Origin: Candidatus Hadarchaeota archaeon
Lineage (GTDB): Archaea > Hadarchaeota > Hadarchaeia > Hadarchaeales > JAGGTB01
Length of the DNA stretch: 64,000 bases
NCBI GenBank assembly: GCA_964399085.1
Contig: CAYNPN010000001.1
Span: 43,468-107,467, forward strand
Direction of reading: 5' to 3'
The notes under the pieces are model-generated. The model was not told the origin of the DNA. It searched no databases and worked only from the letters and a program-made list of their open reading frames with translations. Shown here in pieces: positions 37,701 to 45,384 of this stretch; within the stretch, counting starts at the first letter, position 1, and each line of letters starts with the position of its first letter. The position numbers and the translations under genes are program-made.

Positions 37701-39248
37701 TTACTCATTTTTCTTCAACTTTTCCCTATCCACCTTTCCAGTCGTTGTTCTGGGAAAATCTTCTTCGCCTAAAAATTCGTAGGATTTTGGTCTCAAATAG
37801 CTAGCAAACTCTTGTTCTGCCCACCACTTATCTAAATCCTCGGCTTTGAGTTTTTTACTATTTCTGATATATGCCTTTGGAACTTTACCCCACTTTTCGT
37901 GCGAAATTGGAACCACCACCGAATCGATGACATCGGGATGGTTGGATAATTTATCGCTTACGTCTTCGGCGTGGATTTTCACCCCGCCACTCTTGAACAT
38001 GAAATCCATTCTTCCAGTTAAGTATAAATATCCTTCTTCATCGATGTATCCCGTATCCCCAGTTTTGCACCAACCATTGGGATATACTTCTTCAGTGTCA
38101 ACAGGCGTATCCTTCCATACCCTTGACGTTTCAGTCATAGGGTTATGTATATATATCTCTCCCTCCTCTCCTCTTTCCTTTGGTTCTCCACTCTCTGGGT
38201 CTCGGATTTTAATTTCTGTTTCGGGAAAAGGCAACCCCACGCTTTCGACTGACTTCTGCACATTTCTATCAAGAAACGGGTAAGTATGTGTTCCTGCGGT
38301 TTCGGTCATGTAATAAGTATGAAAGATTTTGGGGCACACTTTCTCTCTAATCCGCCTCAATTCAGATTCCGATATTTTTTCTCCCCCTATATGTACCCTT
38401 TCCAAACTATCTAAATCGTATTTTTCTGGATTTTCTTCCAATTCTCCTATTATCCAAGGCCATAGGGACGGAACAGCAAAAAAGGTAGTTATTTTTTCTT
38501 CTCCGAGGGCTGAGAGCACGTCAGATATGGTGAATTCTCGAAGATAAACCATAGTAGCTGCAGTATACATAGTCGAGCCAACCCAAGCCCACCAAGCCAT
38601 AAAGTTTGTTGCGTAGGGATAGAGGAATCTTTCCCAGTACGATTCTAACCCTGGAGAATTAGATATCAAGAATAGTCTTCCTTGATTAGTGAATGTTATA
38701 GGCTTAGGTCTTCCCGTCGTTCCGGATGTAAATATTATGTTACAGTCATCATCTGCGTTGACTTCTATGTCTGGTTCCTCTGCCCCACTATATTTTTCCA
38801 TTATTTCATTATATGTGAACTCTTCCGGAGAATCTCCAGATCCTCCAATCGAAACAAAAGCTTCGACACTAGGTAAACCCATTTCCTTCATCCCCTCAAC
38901 TTTTTCTACTAAATCTTCATCGTATACCATAACTTTAGGCTTTAGTACATTAGCCATCCATTTCAACCCCTCTACTCCTTCGAGATGTGACAGATTGGAT
39001 GAGATACCTCCAAACTTTTGAGAGGCATACGCAGAAACCTGATGGGCGACACTAGGCCTACACAATGTAATCATTCTGTCTCCTTTTTCCATCCCTGCCT
39101 CTTCTCTGTAAAAAGCACTCATTGCATTTAGCCCCCTGTTTAATTCCTTGAATGTTATTCTCTCTCCTTTTGGGTAATCTACTGCTGCTTCCCTCTCACC
39201 AAAGTTATCCCCCAACCATCTGAAAACTTCCTTCCAGCTTTTCATCAT
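37701..39248 (-). CDS. AMP-dependent acyl-CoA synthetase/ligase
   Basis: IIFTSGTTGRPKP, GWCKTGDTGYIDEEGYLYLTGR and a C-terminal PRTTTGKVDR. Confidence 0.88.
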   Translation of the reverse strand: MMKSWKEVFRWLGDNFGEREAAVDYPKGERITFKELNRGLNAMSAFYREEAGMEKGDRMITLCRPSVAHQVSAYASQKFGGISSNLSHLEGVEGLKWMANVLKPKVMVYDEDLVEKVEGMKEMGLPSVEAFVSIGGSGDSPEEFTYNEIMEKYSGAEEPDIEVNADDDCNIIFTSGTTGRPKPITFTNQGRLFLISNSPGLESYWERFLYPYATNFMAWWAWVGSTMYTAATMVYLREFTISDVLSALGEEKITTFFAVPSLWPWIIGELEENPEKYDLDSLERVHIGGEKISESELRRIREKVCPKIFHTYYMTETAGTHTYPFLDRNVQKSVESVGLPFPETEIKIRDPESGEPKERGEEGEIYIHNPMTETSRVWKDTPVDTEEVYPNGWCKTGDTGYIDEEGYLYLTGRMDFMFKSGGVKIHAEDVSDKLSNHPDVIDSVVVPISHEKWGKVPKAYIRNSKKLKAEDLDKWWAEQEFASYLRPKSYEFLGEEDFPRTTTGKVDREKLKKNE

Positions 39249-39265
39249 TTTGTCATCTCACTCCC

Positions 39266-41320
39266 TCATAACTGTTTTATTTTACATAAGCAGGATCTCA
39301 TATCGACTGCTCCTGAAACCGGATCTTTGGGTTCCTCAGGAGTTACGAGATTTATATTTGATTTCCCTCCCCATCCATGGTATGCGTGAACCACGCCTTG
39401 CATTATTTCATCAGTGATTTTCGCTTTCATCTGTGCGGAGCCACGTTTGGTGGATATTTCTACAAGAGTTTCATCCTTGATTCCGTACTTTTCTGCATCG
39501 TTGGGATTAATCTCGACCAAAGGGTCTGGGAATTTTTTCCGCAACCGTGGTATGTCTCTGTAATTTGAATGCTCGAATATTGCTGTCCTCCCCCCCGTTG
39601 TCAGAACCAACGGGTACTCTGTGGCGAGATCAGGGTTCGATCTTGGAATTTCAGGGGGATCATTATAGGTAGGAAGAGGTTCATAACCGTATCTCTTCAT
39701 TTTCTCTGAATAAAGCTCAACTTTTCCCGACTCCGTATTAAACCCTTCTTCCTTGTACTTCTCGAACTCTCGCGGCGCAAAGAAGAATCCCATAGGATGT
39801 TCTTTCATCCATGTGAGTGATGTGCCCATCTGTTGACATATCTCGTCCAAAAATGCTTCCTCGCCTTCCCATGGAAAGAACTCTTCGAGTCCCATCCTTT
39901 TCGATAGCTCCAATATGAAGTTAAGATCTGATTTGCTTTCTCCTATAGGTTCTATTACTTTTTGGGCTAGTGTGGCCAAAGGCAATCCTCCACCCAGCCA
40001 GTATGTCCTGAGAGAATTTCTTTCCAATAAAGTAGCAGCAGGTAGCACCAAATCGGCTAATTTCGCCGTTTCTGTCATTCTTAAGTCCATAACCACGGTA
40101 AAGTCGCAATGTTCCAGTGCTTCCCTCGTTCTCTCCGCATTTGCACGGGTCTTGACAAAAGCTCTCCCCATAAACATGGCCGCCTTTATATCTCCTGAAA
40201 TCATTTGATCAGCCATTATAGCATCGGGCTTTTCAACCGGATAATTTATCCTTGATATTTCATCGCAAAATAAAGGGAATTCCTCCTCCGCTTTGGCTTT
40301 TTTGGTGACCTTTTCTTTAAGTTCTGTTCCTAACTTTACGGAAGGGGCAGGAGAACGCTGGGATCCCCCCTCCTTGTCTACGTTTCCTGTTATAGCTTTT
40401 AGACAGGAAATCGCTCTATTGGTTTGAAAAGCATTTGAATGTTGAGATTGTATTCCGACACCTGAATACAAGGTTGCGGGTTCTGATTTGGCGTACAAGG
40501 TTGCGGCTTCAACGATTTTATCAGCGGGTACTCGGGTTATTTCCTCCACCTTGGTAGGGGTATACTTCTTCACTTTGTCTGATAATTTATCAAAGCCAGT
40601 CGTCCATCTTTCTACAAATTCTTTGTCATAAAGGTTCCGTGATATGATTACATTCATGAAGCCTAATGCTAAGGCTCCGTCTGTCCCTGGTAGAACCTGA
40701 AGGTGGATATCGGATAATTCTGCAAGGCGCGTTCTTCTTGGATCTACCGTGATAATGGGGATTTCTTCGCTCAAACTCTTTAGTCTCTTTCGCAATTCGA
40801 CAGCCGGACCTGATTCCCAAAGATTTCCACCCCAATTCAGTAAACATTCAGTTCCCCCCGCATTCCAATACATATAGTCTCCAAAAGTTACCGCATCAGA
40901 GACTATCATGGGATACCAGCAATCATTTCCCATTGATAACATGTTGGGAGTACCGTAAGCGTATGCAAAGCGCTCCAAAGCCCACATCATCTCGTCTCCA
41001 ATGTGGGGATGTCCCATGTTTATCGCAAAGGCTTCAGGCCCATAATCCTGCTTGATTTCGTTTAACCTGTCTGATATTATATCTAAGGTCTCATCCCAAG
41101 ATATTCTCTTCCATTTGTTATTTTTCCTTTGGAGAGGATTAAGCAAACGGTTAGGCGAGTAAAGATTATCAGCCATCGCAGAAAATTTTGGACACTTTCC
41201 CCCTAGCCAACTATGGGAATCAGAAGGTTCCCAATCGACTACCTTTCCTTCCTCAACTGTAACCTCAATACCACAGTTTACTCCACACATTCCACACACT
41301 GTGTGTATTTTTTCAGTCAT
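39266..41320 (-). CDS. Molybdopterin (bis-MGD) oxidoreductase, second paralog
   Basis: N-terminal CGMCGVNCGI...C. 684 aa, collinear with 35132..37210. No Tat leader. An AT-rich promoter region lies at 41321-41400. Confidence 0.82.
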   Translation of the reverse strand: MTEKIHTVCGMCGVNCGIEVTVEEGKVVDWEPSDSHSWLGGKCPKFSAMADNLYSPNRLLNPLQRKNNKWKRISWDETLDIISDRLNEIKQDYGPEAFAINMGHPHIGDEMMWALERFAYAYGTPNMLSMGNDCWYPMIVSDAVTFGDYMYWNAGGTECLLNWGGNLWESGPAVELRKRLKSLSEEIPIITVDPRRTRLAELSDIHLQVLPGTDGALALGFMNVIISRNLYDKEFVERWTTGFDKLSDKVKKYTPTKVEEITRVPADKIVEAATLYAKSEPATLYSGVGIQSQHSNAFQTNRAISCLKAITGNVDKEGGSQRSPAPSVKLGTELKEKVTKKAKAEEEFPLFCDEISRINYPVEKPDAIMADQMISGDIKAAMFMGRAFVKTRANAERTREALEHCDFTVVMDLRMTETAKLADLVLPAATLLERNSLRTYWLGGGLPLATLAQKVIEPIGESKSDLNFILELSKRMGLEEFFPWEGEEAFLDEICQQMGTSLTWMKEHPMGFFFAPREFEKYKEEGFNTESGKVELYSEKMKRYGYEPLPTYNDPPEIPRSNPDLATEYPLVLTTGGRTAIFEHSNYRDIPRLRKKFPDPLVEINPNDAEKYGIKDETLVEISTKRGSAQMKAKITDEIMQGVVHAYHGWGGKSNINLVTPEEPKDPVSGAVDMRSCLCKIKQL

Positions 41321-41523
41321 AAAATCATACTTTTTTTCTTTTTATATGATATAAATATTTCTAATATATATAATATATATAATATAAATAAATTTTCCGC
41401 GATGTGGAGGTGCTGTTAAGTTAAGCTATTTTTAGGAGTAGATACATTCCGGAATCTGGAGGTTGGGTCGGGAGAAGTAAAGAAGGAGGTGGATACCCCC
41501 TGATTGGAAAACTCCAAAGGTTT

Positions 41524-42078
41524 TTGCAGGACCTTCTCCCGGAGAATTTTGGGAGGAATTTCAGTGATAAATATTTCGACAGGAACAGGACGAGCCCGGC
41601 TGTGAGGGCTTTCGGAGCCTATCTCTACGTGTCGCAGGGCTCAAGCTACCGGAAAGTTGCCCGGCTCCTTGAGGACTTCTCGATCTTGGTCTCCCACGTC
41701 GCCGTGTGGTCGTGGGTCCAGAGACTCGAGGAGGAGCTCGAGGGTGAAGTTTTCAGGAGAAGGAGAAGAAAGGTCATAATCGCGGACGAGACCAAAATAA
41801 AGACTAAGAAGGGCTGGATTTACGTGTTCACGACGATAGACCTTGTGAGGAGGATTTTCGTTACCTACATAGACGAGCACTCTATGCCCGAAGTCGTCTT
41901 CCAGCTTAACGAGGAGGGAATCGAGACCAAGAGGGGTAAGGGATGTTTGGCTTGGTCGGTGGAGAAAATCCTCGACAATAAAATATACATCGGTCAGTAT
42001 GAGGTCGCCGGGGTGGAATTAAGGAAATTTTTCTTAAGACTATTCGGCTTTTCCAGTCGATATCTACAAGACGACTGA
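41524..42078 (+). pseudogene. Chimeric remnant: an IS6-like DDE transposase N-terminal part fused to a ~55-aa piece of a large-serine-recombinase 'recombinase' domain
   Basis: AYLYVSQGSSYRKVARLL...VSHVAVWSWVQ...VIIADETKIKTKKGWIYVFTTID is IS6-like. Then RIFVTYIDEHSMPEVVFQLNEEGIETKRGKG..WSVEKILDNKIYIGQY matches the serine-integrase recombinase domain. The last ~15 codons are simply the translated palindrome B1. Confidence 0.6.
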
Positions 42079-42097
42079 GAAAACCAGATAGTCTTAG
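42033..42097 (+). repeat. Palindromic site B1: cttaagactattcggcttttccagtcg-atatctacaaga-cgactgagaaaaccagatagtcttag
   Basis: ~26-bp imperfect inverted arms. The core is in the same orientation as in A2. Confidence 0.85.
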
Positions 42098-42124
42098 CAA
42101 GTTACGAACCTTTCCTTCCGTTCT

Positions 42125-42142
42125 CCGCCGCCCCATCGCACC
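42125..42142 (+). repeat. Duplicate of the tRNA-Pro 3' end (candidate attR core)
   Basis: ccgccgcccca is identical to 34032-34042. The following tcgcacc compares with tcgaacc after a 1-nt gap. Confidence 0.6.
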
Positions 42143-42190
42143 AAGGTTTGAATCTTTTCCAATTTTCGGTGAGGAAAAAGAGACAAGGGA

Positions 42191-42249
42191 CTTAAGACTT
42201 ATAGATACCTGCAAGACGACTGGGGCTGAAATACTGAGTAGTCTTTAAA
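42191..42249 (+). repeat. Palindromic site B2 (degenerate): cttaagacttatagatacctgcaagacgactggggctgaaatactgagtagtctttaa
   Basis: The outer arms ttaagact/agtctttaa and the right half caagacgactg match B1. The core CCTGCAAGA matches A1. Confidence 0.7.
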
Positions 42250-42720
42250 TTCCCAGTGGAAATAGAGTCTAAAACCAGATTTTCATTCAAAGACAAAGAG
42301 GGAAATTAGCTAGGTGATAAAAATCTTATCAAGTGTTCACTCCTCCGGCAGAGTCAGCTTATGGAGCTATTGGCGACGTTTTTAATAACGATTATATTTT
42401 CTGCACTAATCGTAGAGCTAACTTTTCTTGGGGGAGAAAATCAAGTCTTTATAGATGAGGTCTCCATGGTAGGTAATGGGAAGTTTATTACTGATTTTAA
42501 TTCACTTTTATTTTTTCACCAATTTCTTCAACCATTTCCTTGTAACTGTTTCTAATCTTTACCTCAGTCACTTCTGTTACTTCCACCGTCTATCTTTGAG
42601 TTTTTCGAAAGGAAAGAAAAAGGATCAGGATTGTGCATGGAGTCTCCCCTTACAGCGTTCGTTGGATATCCGAGCCAGCCAACGTAATTTAGTGCTGTCT
42701 TCTGAAGAACCGCCATTTTT

Positions 42721-43659
42721 CTAAGATTCTTCCCCCGGAGGCCCGGCGTTTTCCGGGCGACCCGCGTTCTCATTCGCTGCGTTCTCATTCGACCCATTCG
42801 GCCCGCCGTTTCCGGGGACATCTAGCTCGTCTGGGTTTTTGTTGTTCTCGCTGTCCGTGCCCTTTACAATATTCTTGACTATTCCTGGAGGCATCTCCTT
42901 GTTCTCGAGGAACCCCTTGATCTGATTGAGAGAAACTTCCTTGTTTTCCAAAATGTTCTTGACAATGCCCGGCGAGAGTTTTCTGTTTTCCATTAGTCCC
43001 TTGAGGTTATCGAAGGTAATGTCTCTGTTATCGACGACCTGCTTAAATATACCAGGAGGCAGTTCCCTATCCTGTAAACCCTTGACGACATTTTCAACGG
43101 ACTCGAGCTTGTTCTCCAGCTTCTGCTTCAGGAGGCCCGGCGGCAGTTCACCCTGGCCGAATTCCTTCTGCATGTTTTCTTGGACCTCTTCAAGCGCCTT
43201 CTTCTGAGCTCGGCTTCTTACCATCGCCCTTTGGATGGCCGGTTTTGCCTCATTATCGACTTTGTTCTCCACGTCCTCAAGGACCTGGATGTGTTTTCTC
43301 ACCGCGTTTTGGGCTCTCTTCAGACCTTTTTTATCTTTGGACATCTTGATGCCTTTGCTTAGGCGCTTTTGGGACTCCTTCATGAGCTTCTTATGGTTGC
43401 TAGGTACGTTCTTATCCTTAGTCTTCTTGTACTCCTGTATCCTTTCTTGAGCTCTCTCTAACTGCCAGTCCTGTCCTCCCGCAAAGGTGGCTTCCTTAAT
43501 CCTTTCGCCGGCCCTCTCTAGCCCGTATAGAGGATCTCCGGGCTCTTGATCGACGAATGAGTCCACGGCTACGGGAGTTCCGATTGCTCCCCCTGCGACC
43601 GCTGCCACGGCTACAACTGCGGCTGCGGCTGCGACACCTGCCTGTCCTAATTTCAACAT
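42721..43659 (-). CDS. Membrane-anchored or secreted repeat protein
   Basis: An N-terminal Ala/Val-rich hydrophobic segment. A helical domain with PGDPLYGLERAGERIKEA. Four ~21-aa repeats centred on (E/K)(L/M)(P/S)PG(I/L)(L/F/V)K. A low-complexity N/G/P/E tail. A GGAGG RBS precedes the ATG. Confidence 0.75.
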   Translation of the reverse strand: MLKLGQAGVAAAAAVVAVAAVAGGAIGTPVAVDSFVDQEPGDPLYGLERAGERIKEATFAGGQDWQLERAQERIQEYKKTKDKNVPSNHKKLMKESQKRLSKGIKMSKDKKGLKRAQNAVRKHIQVLEDVENKVDNEAKPAIQRAMVRSRAQKKALEEVQENMQKEFGQGELPPGLLKQKLENKLESVENVVKGLQDRELPPGIFKQVVDNRDITFDNLKGLMENRKLSPGIVKNILENKEVSLNQIKGFLENKEMPPGIVKNIVKGTDSENNKNPDELDVPGNGGPNGSNENAANENAGRPENAGPPGEES

Positions 43660-43709
43660 TCTATTTTTACCTCCTATTTTTTCTAATTTTTATCCTGATA
43701 GGGCATCCC

Positions 43710-43831
43710 CTTGGAAATGATTTTCTTTATTTCCTTCAGTCGATTGGGAAATCCTTGTTCTTATTCCATCTCTTGGAGACGATTTTCTTTATTTCCCTCA
43801 ATCGTTTGGGGACTTCTTGTTTTTCTTCCAT
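43710..43831. repeat. Tandem duplication, 2 x ~60 bp at ~80% identity
   Basis: cttggaaatgattttctttatttccttcagtcgattgggaaatccttgttcttattccat / cttggagacgattttctttatttccctcaatcgtttggggacttcttgtttttcttccat, read directly from the sequence. Confidence 0.85.
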
Positions 43832-44136
43832 ATTTTTCAACTACCTCGGTTAATTCCTCTCGAAGACCTTATTTAAAGAATCTCCAACAACCGTTCACGC
43901 GGCAGATTCAAATATTCTTAATAGCCCAAAAAATATCAAAAAGAAAAAATTATGATACAAAACCGTTCACATCCGAGAAGAAAGCCTAAATTTTTCTTTA
44001 AATGGTTAAAGGAGAGAATTCGGTGTTCCTGAACGGCCACCCCCAGCATTTCGAATAAACGAGCATCACTTGGATAATAATCAGGTCCGGTCCGTGCATT
44101 AATGCATGGATAATTGCTAGTTTTTATTTCATTGAG

Positions 44137-45373
44137 CCGAGAAGACACCTTCCCAATCGTGGATTGGGTGGGTGATGAATCGGCGTTTAGTTTCACTGCC
44201 CCCTCCCGATAAGAGGTTAGAAAGTTAGGCGAGTGATTCCGTGTTGATGAAGGTTCGGAAGACGATTAAGTGCAAGATAGTCGATCTTACCGAAAAGAAG
44301 AGGAAAGCTCTTGAAAGAGAGTATGAGAATCTTCAAGAATATCTTCGCGAAAATGAGAATGTAGAACTCTATTCGGCAAACAAGCAACAGGCGGAGAGGT
44401 ACTACGAAGAGATCAAGGACGGCAAGGAATATCCTATCTCGGTTAGGAAAGATTTGATAGATATTCAAAGAGCGGACAACGAAATAGCGGAATATTGGTT
44501 AAATGTGAGAGTTGCTTCCGTCTACGGAGGTATCAATGTCCCTATCAAACCTCACATCCAAATCCCCTCCGATGGCGGCGGTGTGGAATATTGTGAATCC
44601 AAGATTTTGAAAAAGGATGGAGAGTTCTATTTTCACCTGACCGTTAAGAAAACCGTTCAGGCTAAGGAATCCTACGACGGTCTCCTTGCCGTAGATGTCG
44701 GGCAGAAATACCTCGCGGTGTCGGTGGCATCGCACAGAGATAGACCGAAATTTCGGGGCAGGGAGATCAGAGGAATTCGGAGACACTACAACTGGCTGCG
44801 GAAAAGGCTCGGGGAGAAGAAGCTGAAAGATGAAATAGCGAGACTTTCGGACAAGGAATCCCGAAAGGTAGACCAAAAACTACATGAAATAGCCAAAGAA
44901 CTCGTAGAAGAAGCCGACCAAAACGATGAGTTGATAGTCGTCGGAAACCTTGAAGGATTGAGGAAAGGCAGCGGCGATATGGGGGAGACGATGAACCGGA
45001 TGATCGGCAATTTTCCCTACCACAAGCTCGCAAAATATCTCGAATATAAGGCTAACGAAAGAGGGATACAGGTCTTGAAGATGAACGAGCACTACACCAG
45101 TCGAGAATGTAGCAGGTGCGGTGCAAAAGGAAAAAGACCGAATCAGGGAACTTTCAAGTGTCCCCGGTGCGGATACGAGGTTAATGCCGACTTCAACGGC
45201 GCCAAGAATATTTTCGAACGTACCAAGGTGGCGTCGGGTAACATTCCCGGCGTCGGGGCCGTGAGTGGGCCGGCCCTTAACCCTTCCGATATGGTCTCCA
45301 CCTCTGGCTCTACAAGTGGGGAGACCGAGGAGGGAAGCCTCTTCCTAACGAGCGAGGCGAGTTAGGTGGAGGT
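44137..45373 (+). mobile_element. IS200/IS605-family element carrying only tnpB (IS1341-like); the ends are approximate (+/-5 nt)
   Basis: The left end has the hairpin CCCAAT-cgtgg-ATTGGG (44152-44168). The right end has the hairpin GCCTC-N12-GAGGC (45337-45358) followed by gagttaggtgg. Both ends recur in the MITE at 21878-22019, and the left end recurs at 54247-54296. Confidence 0.75.
44247..45365 (+). CDS. tnpB: TnpB (RuvC-like, RNA-guided-nuclease family; OrfB_IS605)
   Basis: RuvC triad context: LAVDVG (D), IVVGNLEG (E) and VNADFNGAKNI (D). Zinc ribbon CSRCG...CPRCG. The track starts at GTG 44241, and an ATG lies at 44247. Confidence 0.88.
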   Translation: MKVRKTIKCKIVDLTEKKRKALEREYENLQEYLRENENVELYSANKQQAERYYEEIKDGKEYPISVRKDLIDIQRADNEIAEYWLNVRVASVYGGINVPIKPHIQIPSDGGGVEYCESKILKKDGEFYFHLTVKKTVQAKESYDGLLAVDVGQKYLAVSVASHRDRPKFRGREIRGIRRHYNWLRKRLGEKKLKDEIARLSDKESRKVDQKLHEIAKELVEEADQNDELIVVGNLEGLRKGSGDMGETMNRMIGNFPYHKLAKYLEYKANERGIQVLKMNEHYTSRECSRCGAKGKRPNQGTFKCPRCGYEVNADFNGAKNIFERTKVASGNIPGVGAVSGPALNPSDMVSTSGSTSGETEEGSLFLTSEAS

Positions 45374-45384
45374 AGTTCACACTA

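Larger units (their letters stand above)
34043..42135. mobile_element. Putative integrated island (~8.1 kb) at tRNA-Pro, probably immobilised because its recombinase is degraded
   Basis: An 11-nt direct repeat of the tRNA 3' end (34032-34042 = 42125-42135), plus 6/7 following nt. Nested palindromic site pairs sit at both borders. Mobile-gene debris lies at the distal end. The cargo looks more AT-rich, and its proteins are K/I/N-rich in contrast to acidic neighbours. Confidence 0.5.

Noticed and set aside
41340-41400. An (AT)n-like simple sequence (atataatatatataatataaataaa), considered as a replication-unwinding element
   Set aside because: It sits exactly where the promoter of the 39266..41320 operon is expected. 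No ORB-like boxes flank it.
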